Shown in pieces: positions 18,642 through 27,934 of a stretch of DNA of 64,000 nucleotides. Each line of letters starts with the position of its first letter. Positions within the stretch are counted from its first letter, which is position 1. The notes beneath the pieces were generated by a model. It made no database searches. It was not told the DNA's origin and was given only the letters and a program-made list of their open reading frames with translations. Origin of the DNA: Escherichia phage 132; the sequence record MZ417521. One strand, written 5' to 3'. A program made the position numbers and the translations under genes.

Positions 18642-18672
18642 TTTCTTTTCTCCGCGATTAGCTGATAGAATT

Positions 18673-18702
18673 ACTATAACACAACTCTATCAGCTTGTAA
18701 AC
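18673..18702 (-). promoter_or_regulatory. T4-type early promoter (-10 TATAGT)
   Basis: gtaaac 18697-18702, actata 18673-18678 on plus strand. Confidence 0.45.
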
Positions 18703-18704
18703 TA

Positions 18705-18947
18705 CTATTTTACTAGCATCAATAACTGTTTCTCTAACTTGACGATTTTACGAAAGTATCTTTTGCATTGACGAATCTGTCGCTTCGTAGGGCGCACAGC
18801 AAACTTAATAAATTCCACTCGACCAAATGGAGGGCTTTCTTCTGCTGGAATATCTAACACCAATTCCCACGTATCTGCAACAAGTGCTTTGAATTGAGTA
18901 TTTTTCCTAACATTATACGGAGTAGGTTTAAATAAAACCGTATGCAT
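18705..18947 (-). CDS. small hypothetical protein, about 80 aa
   Basis: track start is TTG; ATG at 18945-18947 preceded by GAGGG. Confidence 0.4.
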   Translation of the reverse strand: MHTVLFKPTPYNVRKNTQFKALVADTWELVLDIPAEESPPFGRVEFIKFAVRPTKRQIRQCKRYFRKIVKLEKQLLMLVK

Positions 18948-18948
18948 A

Positions 18949-19140
18949 TTACCCTCGCCAATCAGATTCAAAAACTTTTTTATCATTAACAAATGCTTTA
19001 ACTAAAGCTTTATTAACTTCAGCAAGTTGTGAAGTGACCCATAGAATTTGATCTTTATCAGACACATCCATAGTGATTTCTTTGGTAAACATATTACCAT
19101 TTTCAAACCAGCCAATAAAAACAATCTTTGCTAATTCCAT
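18949..19140 (-). CDS. small protein, 63 aa, at the position of T4 dmd
   Basis: ATG ORF immediately downstream of gene 41; sequence not recognised, assignment positional. Confidence 0.45.
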   Translation of the reverse strand: MELAKIVFIGWFENGNMFTKEITMDVSDKDQILWVTSQLAEVNKALVKAFVNDKKVFESDWRG

Positions 19141-19170
19141 AATAATTTCCCCAATTTAACCAACAAGACT

Positions 19171-19200
19171 ACTATACCATAGTCTTGTCAGATTGTAAAC
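19171..19200 (-). promoter_or_regulatory. T4-type early promoter (-10 TATAGT) overlapping an 8-bp inverted repeat
   Basis: gtaaac 19195-19200, actata 19171-19176; flanking caagacta/tagtcttg inverted repeat. Confidence 0.45.
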
Positions 19201-20627
19201 TAAAATTTTAATTCGTTTGCTAAAGCATCTAACTGGGCTCGAGTAGATTCATTTCTTTGATAGCGATTCTGCTCAGCTTGTATCTGTTGTGAACCTGCTA
19301 CTTCGTTCACTTCAGTTGGAGTAGAATCTTGTTCAATTTCTACCCATTTCTGATTTCCTTTTTGAACACCCATCAAAAACTTATTCCATTTATTCTTATC
19401 ACCATATCGTGATTTGATTTGCTTAATTAGTTGTTGTTCAGCAGCTGCTAACTCCTCGGTTTCAATGACCGCAAGCATAAAATCAGCTGTTGCTGGAAGA
19501 CCAGCAGATTCTGCAATATCACTCATGTTAACATCAGAAGAATCCCAAGCTTGTTTACCAACCTGCGCTGCAGTCCAAAGAACAGTTTCGGTTTCAACAG
19601 CCAGAGCACGCAATTCCTCTGCGATAGCTTTAACAGTTGTGTAACTATTTTCTGAATAAACTCTGATGCGGCAAGATTTACAAATACCTAGATAGTCAAC
19701 AATAATGATTGTTGGAACAAAATTTTTCTTGAGCTTTAATTCATTTAAAAGGGATCGAAATGTATTAGCGTCTGCTCCACCAGTAGGATACTGTTTAACG
19801 ATTAAACGCCCAAGAGTAGATTTCTCACGCCATTTTTCCATTTTTCCTTTATACTCAGCGTAAGAAATATGCCCATCATCAATGTCATCAAGAGAAACAT
19901 CAAGCATATTAGCGTCAATACGTTTAGCACAGACTTCTTCTGCCATTTCCATGGAAATGTAAAGAACATTATGTCCGAGCTGTAAATAATCTGCTGCTAA
20001 TGAACACAGACCTAATGACTTACCAACGTTAACGCCAGCCATTAAAACGTTCAGTGTTCCAGTTTCAGCTCCACCTTTCGTAATTTTGTTTAGAATTCTG
20101 AGTTTAAATGGAACTTTACGAGCTTTATTCATATAAGATAGCCAACGTGCTTCGTAGTCATCCATCCAATCATGACCAACGTAACTATCAAATGAAATTG
20201 ATAATGCTTGGCGCATGATGTCAGGAATAGCACCAACATCCGGCATTTTCTTATTTCGTTTTTCCGGAGGAAGCTCAGCATTAGTTTGAATTTCGATTAT
20301 TTTAGACGTAGCATTAAACATCGCTCTTTGCTGAACATATTTTTCTGTTTCTTTTATTAACCAACTGTGGTCTTCCGGAGAATCAGCTAGTTTTGAAATA
20401 AGTGTTTTTACACCAGAATATTCTGTTTCAGTAAATGAACTATTTTCTAATGCAACATTTAACGCATTAATAGATGGAACGCTATGATACTCATTGACAT
20501 GAGATTTAATTAATTTGAATGTATTTTTAGCTGGACCACTTTCAAAATATTCTGAATCCATATATGGCCAAACTTTTGAAAAATAAGCTTGATCAAATAT
20601 GAGATGAGAAAGAATAATTTCTACCAC
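19200..20627 (-). CDS. 41: replicative DNA helicase gp41 (DnaB-like), 475 aa
   Basis: matches recalled T4 gp41 (MVEIILSHLIFDQAYF...); Walker A GVNVGKS; GTG start at 20625-20627 with AGGAG 5 nt upstream. Confidence 0.9.
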   Translation of the reverse strand: MVEIILSHLIFDQAYFSKVWPYMDSEYFESGPAKNTFKLIKSHVNEYHSVPSINALNVALENSSFTETEYSGVKTLISKLADSPEDHSWLIKETEKYVQQRAMFNATSKIIEIQTNAELPPEKRNKKMPDVGAIPDIMRQALSISFDSYVGHDWMDDYEARWLSYMNKARKVPFKLRILNKITKGGAETGTLNVLMAGVNVGKSLGLCSLAADYLQLGHNVLYISMEMAEEVCAKRIDANMLDVSLDDIDDGHISYAEYKGKMEKWREKSTLGRLIVKQYPTGGADANTFRSLLNELKLKKNFVPTIIIVDYLGICKSCRIRVYSENSYTTVKAIAEELRALAVETETVLWTAAQVGKQAWDSSDVNMSDIAESAGLPATADFMLAVIETEELAAAEQQLIKQIKSRYGDKNKWNKFLMGVQKGNQKWVEIEQDSTPTEVNEVAGSQQIQAEQNRYQRNESTRAQLDALANELKF

Positions 20628-20636
20628 ACTTACTCC

Positions 20637-20981
20637 TTAAAAGAATTTAAATTTTTTCTTTGACCTTTTATTAAATGCATCTTGCAGTTGCATTGTAATA
20701 CATTTTTCTACATGAGGAGCTAACTCAGCTTTTCTTTCTTGGTCAAGAACAGCAAAGTCCATTACAACCTTTCCATCAACCCAATCCAGTTTAGTTACAT
20801 ACACTATATGTGTAGAACCATCTTCTAGTTTAATGACAATCTCCTGGATAACATTTTCCATAGCTGATTTAATTATCTTAAGAGATTCATTAAAAAGACG
20901 TTCTTTTCTTTCTTCTTCCCCCTCCGAAGAGGGGGATTCATCGATAATTTCTAGATCTAAATCTAAATCATCTTTATTCAT
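20637..20981 (-). CDS. hypothetical protein at the gene 40 position, about 114 aa
   Basis: track start is GTG; ATG at 20979-20981; contains the 20918-20935 GC hairpin in its coding sequence. Confidence 0.45.
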   Translation of the reverse strand: MNKDDLDLDLEIIDESPSSEGEEERKERLFNESLKIIKSAMENVIQEIVIKLEDGSTHIVYVTKLDWVDGKVVMDFAVLDQERKAELAPHVEKCITMQLQDAFNKRSKKKFKFF

Positions 20982-22155
20982 TAAATTCTTCCATATCACT
21001 TAACTGTTCTAGGTCAGTTTCTAAATCAGCAGCTGATTTACTTTTACTTTCTGGAGATTTAAATTTTTCAACCTTTGAGTTAATCAATTCATCAACTTCA
21101 GCTTCAACAATTTCATTACTATCAATAGCACCTAACTGATAAGCACGTTTAATAGCATCTCGGAATGGTTGATGCTTAAATAAAGGACCCCAGAATGTAG
21201 TGCAGTTAGTATCTTTTGCACGCCAAGATTTTTCTTCGCGAATCATCTCGCCGGTTTCTTCGTCAAGAAATTCACGAGCATACCAGCCATTTTTAGGTTT
21301 TACTACAAATCCTAATTCTAGAGCCATATCTAACAATCCAGAATAAGGATCGATACCGCCGTCAAATTTAACATCAATAAAGAATTTACTTTTTTCTTTA
21401 ACGGTACGAGATTTTTCTACATTTAGAACAAATTGATACCCCTGAAGATCAGAACCATCTTTAATCTGACGTTTACCGATAATGAATACAGTATCAGCCG
21501 AATACATTACACCTGTACCGCCTGTCATTACGGTTTTGCTAAACATTTCAATTGTTTCAATTGTATGGTTAACCGCAACACATGGAATATTTTTAATGCT
21601 AAAATAAGGAGTAACAATACGGAATAATGACTTCAGTGATTTAGCACGAGTCATATCTGCCACAGATTTTTCATTCAAGGCATCTTCTGTTTCTTTCTTA
21701 GAAGCCATATTACCGATTGAGTCGATGAATACAATAACTTTTTCACCGCGCTCAATAGCTTCAAGCTGATTCACCATATCAATTTTCAGCTGTTCAACTG
21801 ACTGGATTGGCGTATGAATTACACGTTCCGGGTCAACTCCCATGGATCGCAAATAAGCTGGAGTAATACCAAATTCGCTATCATAGAATAGACAAACCGC
21901 GTCAGGATATTTGTTCAAATATGCCGCAACCATAGTCAAAGACATATTTGATTTAAAGTGTTTAGAAGGCCCTGCGAAAATAGTTAAACCAGACTGCATA
22001 CCGCCATCAATCGCACCAGAAATAGCAATATTAAGCATTGGGATTTTTGTACGGATTACATCCTTTTCATTAAAGAATTTAGATGTAGTCAGTTCAGCAG
22101 TCATTTTAGAAGTGGAAGCTTTAATCAAACGGGATTTTAAATCTGCAATAGACAT
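20974..22155 (-). CDS. uvsX: UvsX recombinase (RecA-like), 393 aa
   Basis: Walker A GPSKHFKS; C-terminal two thirds match recalled T4 UvsX, N-terminus diverged. Confidence 0.92.
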   Translation of the reverse strand: MSIADLKSRLIKASTSKMTAELTTSKFFNEKDVIRTKIPMLNIAISGAIDGGMQSGLTIFAGPSKHFKSNMSLTMVAAYLNKYPDAVCLFYDSEFGITPAYLRSMGVDPERVIHTPIQSVEQLKIDMVNQLEAIERGEKVIVFIDSIGNMASKKETEDALNEKSVADMTRAKSLKSLFRIVTPYFSIKNIPCVAVNHTIETIEMFSKTVMTGGTGVMYSADTVFIIGKRQIKDGSDLQGYQFVLNVEKSRTVKEKSKFFIDVKFDGGIDPYSGLLDMALELGFVVKPKNGWYAREFLDEETGEMIREEKSWRAKDTNCTTFWGPLFKHQPFRDAIKRAYQLGAIDSNEIVEAEVDELINSKVEKFKSPESKSKSAADLETDLEQLSDMEEFNE

Positions 22156-22232
22156 TCATTTTTTCCATAGGCATCATTATATTTTCCTCACTGGTTAAAG
22201 ATAGAGTAATTATAACACAATAAATTTAGGCA

Positions 22233-23075
22233 TTAATCAACTGCTATTGGATGAATAGCATTAAACTTATAAAATGCTTCTGATTTTTCTTTACGCGAAA
22301 CACACATGCGAAGAACCTTTAATGGCTCGTCTTCTTCACCCAACGATTTTCGTTTTTCAATATTCGATGTTTTCCAACGAGCTTGCTCTGGAAACTCTCT
22401 ATTGATTTGCTCAAGCGCTCTATTATGTTTAGAATTACTACGAATTGAACTACACCCGCCAGGAGCTTGTGCTTTTCCAGATACAACCAGATATTTGAAC
22501 AAGGCCAAATGCGGATAACCTTGATTAATTAAATTGAGAAATGCATACATATCTTCGCATAAATCAATTTTTCCATACCCAATTTGTTCTGTCGTAAGTT
22601 TTCCAAGGTCATACCATGTATTCGTGAATCCATATGAATTTTCACGATAATTACCCCAAGATGAAGTAATTTTAAAAATTGGTAGACGAGCATGGCCATG
22701 ATAATACCCACAATCCATGGCATCTTCGACGTATTGAATCAATTCATAGAACTGTTCACGGGTCAATTGATTGACTTTATCCACACAACGACGGTCATCT
22801 CTTTTTCGCATTGAACTCATACGAATAGTAGTATCATCGTCAATCATCCAGATTCGTTGACCTGCATACATATCAGTAATTGCTTTACGAGTTCCAGCAA
22901 TTCCATTAACACCATCAGGAATAGTTATAATTTTAGCTCTAGACCCATAAGCATCATTATAAGCTTTTTCTTCGTGTTCACGCACTACAATATGAGGTTC
23001 ATAATTAGTCGGAAACATATCAAGGGCAGAAACTGCCCCTACACGTTGATAGCTCGGAATTACGAATTGAATCAT
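22233..23075 (-). CDS. putative DNA glycosyltransferase (DxD motif), about 280 aa, at the T4 beta-gt locus
   Basis: MIDDDT DxD-type motif; ATG at 23073-23075 forms an ATGA overlap with gene 42 stop; shorter than and dissimilar to T4 beta-gt. Confidence 0.45.
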   Translation of the reverse strand: MIQFVIPSYQRVGAVSALDMFPTNYEPHIVVREHEEKAYNDAYGSRAKIITIPDGVNGIAGTRKAITDMYAGQRIWMIDDDTTIRMSSMRKRDDRRCVDKVNQLTREQFYELIQYVEDAMDCGYYHGHARLPIFKITSSWGNYRENSYGFTNTWYDLGKLTTEQIGYGKIDLCEDMYAFLNLINQGYPHLALFKYLVVSGKAQAPGGCSSIRSNSKHNRALEQINREFPEQARWKTSNIEKRKSLGEEDEPLKVLRMCVSRKEKSEAFYKFNAIHPIAVD

Positions 23076-23812
23076 TTCCACTCACCGTTATAATCTTTTT
23101 TCACAATATGAGTTTCGCCAGTATTCCACCAATGATCAACCAAGTAAAAATGACGAGAATATACATGAAGACTTCCAACATTCCATATAATAGAACCTGC
23201 TTTATACTTACGAGTTGAATCGCCTGCATTCAAATCAGATACTAATTTATCTAATACGTATTTTTGCCATGCATAATCATTACGGAATCCGAAGACCACG
23301 TCATTTGAGCGCATGCTTACTACTGCATTGACTTTCTTATCACGAATCAGGTACTGTACTGTATTAGTACACATGAAATCTGACATACCATCTTTATTGT
23401 AGTCAAATTGCATGGATGGACGAGTATAAATCATGATACCACGTCGAGAATCAGGATTTTGACCAAGTTCAGCTAAACACATATCATACTGGGCATAGTT
23501 ATCTTCTGACCAAATAGCCCAGCCATAATTCGAGTTAATTTCGCCTTTAGAAGATGCTACCTGCTGCCAAATCTTTGGTGTTTCACCTGGAATATCTTTA
23601 ACAAACAGACTTTGAGACTTGTACCATTCAAGTTCACGCTGAATGTATTCATCATTAAGAGCGCCAAAAATAAACGGTTCATCTGCTACAAATGATGCGC
23701 CAATAATTTCAATAGTTTTAACGCCAGTTTTATCAACTACGAAATCTTTTTCTTTTAATGCAAGCCCCAAATGAAGACGGATTTCTTCAACTGTCATAGA
23801 GTCACTAATCAT
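23072..23812 (-). CDS. 42: dCMP hydroxymethylase, 246 aa
   Basis: thymidylate-synthase-like fold; same length as T4 gp42; position between the glycosyltransferase and imm. Confidence 0.85.
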   Translation of the reverse strand: MISDSMTVEEIRLHLGLALKEKDFVVDKTGVKTIEIIGASFVADEPFIFGALNDEYIQRELEWYKSQSLFVKDIPGETPKIWQQVASSKGEINSNYGWAIWSEDNYAQYDMCLAELGQNPDSRRGIMIYTRPSMQFDYNKDGMSDFMCTNTVQYLIRDKKVNAVVSMRSNDVVFGFRNDYAWQKYVLDKLVSDLNAGDSTRKYKAGSIIWNVGSLHVYSRHFYLVDHWWNTGETHIVKKDYNGEWK

Positions 23813-23819
23813 TTAAACC

Positions 23820-23969
23820 TCAATTGATACATTCATATTTAACTTGTAACAGTAATAAACCCCAACCTAAAATAATAGTTGGAATCATAAGAGGAACCGT
23901 TACACTATAGTATATACTTATTATAATCATCAAGATTAAAAGCAACACTGTTATAATTTTGCTTTTCAT
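23820..23969 (-). CDS. small hydrophobic peptide, 49 aa; below the ORF-track cutoff
   Basis: ATG at 23967-23969 in an ATGA overlap with imm stop; fills the 42-imm gap; hand-translated. Confidence 0.3.
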   Translation of the reverse strand: MKSKIITVLLLILMIIISIYYSVTVPLMIPTIILGWGLLLLQVKYECIN

Positions 23970-24217
23970 TCCTTCTCTCTGATGATAATTACCTGATTTG
24001 GTTGTGCAGACTTTTTAGTTTCACCAGCAATTGACCAAATAAATGTAATAAACCAACCAATAATTGACCAGTTAAACAGTAAAGATGTGAAAAAGATTCC
24101 TACTGTCGATTTTGACCCACGCATCAAGGCGATAAACCATGGAAGCATGTATATAATAATAGCCAACACACCTGAAACTAAAACCATAAAAATTGAACCT
24201 GCTACTAAAGTTTCCAT
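23966..24217 (-). CDS. imm: immunity (superinfection exclusion) membrane protein Imm, 83 aa
   Basis: two hydrophobic helices; T4 Imm length and position between 42 and 43. Confidence 0.6.
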   Translation of the reverse strand: METLVAGSIFMVLVSGVLAIIIYMLPWFIALMRGSKSTVGIFFTSLLFNWSIIGWFITFIWSIAGETKKSAQPNQVIIIREKE

Positions 24218-24224
24218 GTTTTCC

Positions 24225-24605
24225 TCACTTAGTCAAATTTTTTACACATGAATTATAAGAATTCACTACATACTCCATCGGAGCATTTTTACCGGTACGC
24301 CACTGGTAATTATTAGCCCAATTAGCCCAAAGCTCGGCGCAGTAGTTTTCAATTTTTTCTTCGCGTGTAATTACATCCGAATTACGATATGCTTGAGCAG
24401 ATTCATCTGGACGAATAGCTTCGTCAAAATTCGCCTGCATTTGTTCTACTGTCTGTTTTGGAGCTTCTTTATAACACTTGACATTAGGATTATAAAACTT
24501 GCTTGAACAGTTTACAATTTTTCCTACATCAGACTGATTTACTACCGGTCCTTGAGCTACACAGCCAGTAAGACCTAATGCAATAACCAAAATAGCGATT
24601 TTCAT
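24225..24605 (-). CDS. putative lipoprotein, about 126 aa
   Basis: track start is TTG; ATG at 24603-24605 behind the conserved PeS leader GGAGAATGAA; signal peptide with lipobox LTGC. Confidence 0.5.
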   Translation of the reverse strand: MKIAILVIALGLTGCVAQGPVVNQSDVGKIVNCSSKFYNPNVKCYKEAPKQTVEQMQANFDEAIRPDESAQAYRNSDVITREEKIENYCAELWANWANNYQWRTGKNAPMEYVVNSYNSCVKNLTK

Positions 24606-24630
24606 TTCATTCTCCAAATCTGTATCCGTA

Positions 24631-24672
24631 GTTGATAGTTGTATAGTACCACGGAAGAACAGGGATGTAAAC
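24631..24672 (-). promoter_or_regulatory. PeS-like early promoter cassette (GTTTAC-N18-TACTAT plus conserved leader)
   Basis: gtaaac 24667-24672, atagta 24643-24648; 20-bp block gttgatagttgtatagtacc (24631-24650) recurs at 49965, 52101 and, shortened, 55691. Confidence 0.55.
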
Positions 24673-24755
24673 AGTTTTGTGAAAAAATTTTTAATGAATT
24701 CAAAGGGTCCAGAATCATCTGTTTTTCATAAGTATAGATTTATATTACTTGTATG

Positions 24756-24776
24756 AAAAAGGGACCCGGAGGTCCC
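24756..24776 (-). terminator. intrinsic terminator downstream of gene 43 (gggacc-UCCG-ggtccc plus U-run)
   Basis: gggacccggaggtccc at 24761-24776 preceded on plus strand by aaaaa. Confidence 0.7.
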
Positions 24777-24789
24777 TAGATTTATTCTA

Positions 24790-27486
24790 TCAGCCAAACA
24801 GGAAGTCTAACGAAGCTTTTTCTTCATAGTCCATGCCAGCCGATTCACACATACCCGCAAGCGGTTTAACAAACGATTTTTGGAACAAAGTTGAGTAGTC
24901 AATCCAAGACAATACGTCAGAACGAATTTCTTTTGGAAGTTCTGTACCCGACGGCCAAGCAATGCACTTGTCGCCAAATGGATTTCCTTCACGTAATGGA
25001 AGAACCATTACCTTATTTCCATCCAAAATTGGAGCTACACCTAGACCGCTAACAGCTCGACGATAAGTTAGCACACCACGAATATGGAACGGGCATTTAA
25101 ATCCTGGCCAACCTTTATCATCATATTTCGCTATATCGTTCGCAGTTTTTACTTCAGCAATAACTTTATAGTCAAGTTGACGATATTCTTTCTCGAAGTT
25201 CTTGTAGTATTCTTGGACAGACTCTTCGCCTTCCTGAAGAATACGACGAATACTTTCTTCGAGAGCTTCTTGTACTGCTTTTGGTGTTGAACTCTGCTGA
25301 GTTTCCATACCCATGATTTTTAGATGCGGTTCAGCAAATCGCTTATCTTCCATATCATAAACGTTTAGAGCATAACGTTTTTTCGCTTTCCAAAATCCAC
25401 CAACACCCTTTGAACCAAGCGGAGGGCAAGAAATAGCTTCACGGTCCATATGCATCAGATGCTCGCGGTTATTCATATAATCACATAACTCACGATATGC
25501 AACATCAATCATAGGTTCCATCTTTTTCTTACCAAACTGATTCATGAATTCAACTAAATCATTTTGTTCTTTAAAGCGGTCAAGACCTACTTTTTCAATA
25601 ACTTTATCTACACAGACATATACCGAATCAGTATCACCCGCTGCGATGAAATCTTCACCATCAGTTCCACACACCTTATTCAGGTATTCATTAATTTTAC
25701 GAGCAATCCACTGAATACCAACTTGACCAAAAATTGTGATAGCAGTAGCATTTCGCAAATCATAGTAGCGGAAATGAATATTACCAAGAGCACCATAAAG
25801 ACTGTTAATAAGAATTTTACGGTTCAGCTGATTTGTGTTAGCAAGTGTAGCTGCTTTTTCACATTCTTCGATCAGACTATTAAGAACAGATTCAGTGTAA
25901 TTCGATAATTCATTTAAGAAATCATCATTGAACTTAACATATCGTTCAACTTCCGGTTTAGTTGAGCAAGACCCTGCGCCTTTCATAATAATCTTTTTAA
26001 TAGCTTCGGCATTCATTTCTTCAGCGAACATTTTCTTTTTCCAATCTTTACGCTGGAAAAATACTTTAGCAATTTCCTTTGGAATGATACCTTCTTGATG
26101 CTTATCATACATCCATCCATTCGGAGAACAAGAATATTCATCACTCGGTTTAGGAGCTGTTCCTGCGATATATTCATGAATTGGATGAACTTTAAACTGA
26201 CCACGAATAGTCTCAGGACTAATATTAACCTGACGAATAATGCTCGGATACAGAGACGTCAAGTCAAAACTCATAATATATCGACGAGCAATTGGTTTAG
26301 GTTCAAATACAAATGCACCCGGAAAACTTTGTTTAACGTGCGAACCTTGTTGAGGAATAACCTTATGTTCACCTTTCAATGAGTTAAAAATAATAGCATC
26401 CCAAGTTTTAATAGGACTCATTACACCAGAAAAAGGCATTTTAGCGTAATAAGACATACTTAAAACTAGATCGATAAACCCACGAATTTTATCAATTGCT
26501 TGAACTGATTCTACGTCAATGATGTTATAACTAATGTATCGTTGATGATTAGTCTCACGAAGTTTATTAATAGGACCGTCGTATGGCAATTTACCTTTTT
26601 TGGTTTCATGTTGAGCAACTGATTCCAAAGAGAATGATGGCAAATTAGTAAATGCGAATTTCTTGTACAAATCTAAATAATCAAGAATAGATACGCCATC
26701 AATAGAATAAATTTCTTTGCTACCGTACATATTTTGAATTAGTTTAGATTTTACTCGACCGATTGGAGAGAAGCGTTTCATACTGCGTTCGCCCAGAACC
26801 ATTTTAACACGATTCATGATATACGGAACGTCAAATCCCTCAATATTCCAACCGGTAAAAATAGCAGGTCGTTTCTGTTCCCAGAGATTAATATATTCCA
26901 TGAGCATATCACGCTCATTATCAAATGGCATATAAATTACTCGGTCAAGAATTTCTTGAGGAACTTCATCACCACCTTCACAGTCAAGTTTAGCAGCTAA
27001 CTTTGCATCCCATTTTGATACTGAACCGTACATTGAATTCAACAAATCAAAGACGTAAAAACGGTCGTCAATTGAATCATAATGAGTGATAGCATCAATT
27101 TCATATTCTGCTTTCATTGGGTCAGGAAATTTATCACCAGTAACCTCAATGTCGCAGTTAGCTACACGAACAAATTTTCGGTCATAAACAATTTCTGAAC
27201 CATATGTATCACTGATATAAGCGAGTTTAAAATCGTTCATACCAAGAGCTTCGAGACCGATGTCTTCCATTCGTTTCATCCAATCTCGGGCATCTTTCAT
27301 TGATGGAAATTTTTGAGGAGCGCAATTTTTACCATAAATGTCTTTGTATTTTGACTCTTCCTTACAATGCCTAAACATAGTCGGAAGATATTCTACTTCA
27401 CGAGTACGTTCCTTTCCGTTTTCATCAATATAACGTTCAACAATATTATTTCCGACTGTTTCGATAGAGATATAAAATTCTTTCAT
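24790..27486 (-). CDS. 43: DNA polymerase gp43 (family B), 898 aa
   Basis: full-length match to recalled T4 gp43 (MKEFYISIETVGNNIVERYIDENGKERTREVEYLP...); exonuclease and polymerase motifs (DIE, YGDTDS). Confidence 0.97.
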   Translation of the reverse strand: MKEFYISIETVGNNIVERYIDENGKERTREVEYLPTMFRHCKEESKYKDIYGKNCAPQKFPSMKDARDWMKRMEDIGLEALGMNDFKLAYISDTYGSEIVYDRKFVRVANCDIEVTGDKFPDPMKAEYEIDAITHYDSIDDRFYVFDLLNSMYGSVSKWDAKLAAKLDCEGGDEVPQEILDRVIYMPFDNERDMLMEYINLWEQKRPAIFTGWNIEGFDVPYIMNRVKMVLGERSMKRFSPIGRVKSKLIQNMYGSKEIYSIDGVSILDYLDLYKKFAFTNLPSFSLESVAQHETKKGKLPYDGPINKLRETNHQRYISYNIIDVESVQAIDKIRGFIDLVLSMSYYAKMPFSGVMSPIKTWDAIIFNSLKGEHKVIPQQGSHVKQSFPGAFVFEPKPIARRYIMSFDLTSLYPSIIRQVNISPETIRGQFKVHPIHEYIAGTAPKPSDEYSCSPNGWMYDKHQEGIIPKEIAKVFFQRKDWKKKMFAEEMNAEAIKKIIMKGAGSCSTKPEVERYVKFNDDFLNELSNYTESVLNSLIEECEKAATLANTNQLNRKILINSLYGALGNIHFRYYDLRNATAITIFGQVGIQWIARKINEYLNKVCGTDGEDFIAAGDTDSVYVCVDKVIEKVGLDRFKEQNDLVEFMNQFGKKKMEPMIDVAYRELCDYMNNREHLMHMDREAISCPPLGSKGVGGFWKAKKRYALNVYDMEDKRFAEPHLKIMGMETQQSSTPKAVQEALEESIRRILQEGEESVQEYYKNFEKEYRQLDYKVIAEVKTANDIAKYDDKGWPGFKCPFHIRGVLTYRRAVSGLGVAPILDGNKVMVLPLREGNPFGDKCIAWPSGTELPKEIRSDVLSWIDYSTLFQKSFVKPLAGMCESAGMDYEEKASLDFLFG

Positions 27487-27492
27487 AGATAT

Positions 27493-27523
27493 TCCTTAGT
27501 TTATAGCCCGAGTTATTAGGCTC
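27493..27523 (-). promoter_or_regulatory. gene 43 translational operator (hairpin AGCC-UAAUAACUC-GGCU followed by AAGGA)
   Basis: read from the minus-strand 5' leader of gene 43; gp43 autogenous translational repression is established for T4. Confidence 0.5.
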
Positions 27524-27540
27524 TTGATATATTATACTCC

Positions 27541-27560
27541 AAATAAGGGGCCGAAGCCCC
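27541..27560 (-). terminator. GC tetraloop hairpin (ggggc-UUCG-gcccc) between regA and gene 43
   Basis: ggggccgaagcccc at 27547-27560 followed on the transcript by UUAUUU. Confidence 0.45.
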
Positions 27561-27564
27561 TTGC

Positions 27565-27933
27565 TTAATTACCAATCGTATATTTAGGAACGAGTTTCCA
27601 TTCATGTTTTTGCTTAAAAGAAATAACTCGGAAGTTATTAGTTAAATCTTTCATAAAAGTTCTTTGACCGGGAGCGATTTCAATCAGTCCCCAATCTTCT
27701 AACAGCCATGCAATCGAATCACGACGAACTTCATCTTCTTCTGTCATTTCAACTTGGCGACCATCCATACGAAGCATTTCTTTAAAATGAACGATATAGT
27801 ATAGTCCTTTTTTCTGAAGAATATGACAGGATTGATACAGAACTTTATCTTTATTATTAGCAATTCCCATGCGAGTCAAAGTTTCTTTAACTTTCAGAAA
27901 ATCTTCAGGTTTTTTAAGAGTAATTTCAATCAT
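27565..27933 (-). CDS. regA: translational repressor RegA, 122 aa
   Basis: 122 aa, matching recalled T4 RegA; position upstream of 43. Confidence 0.85.
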   Translation of the reverse strand: MIEITLKKPEDFLKVKETLTRMGIANNKDKVLYQSCHILQKKGLYYIVHFKEMLRMDGRQVEMTEEDEVRRDSIAWLLEDWGLIEIAPGQRTFMKDLTNNFRVISFKQKHEWKLVPKYTIGN

Positions 27934-27934
27934 T

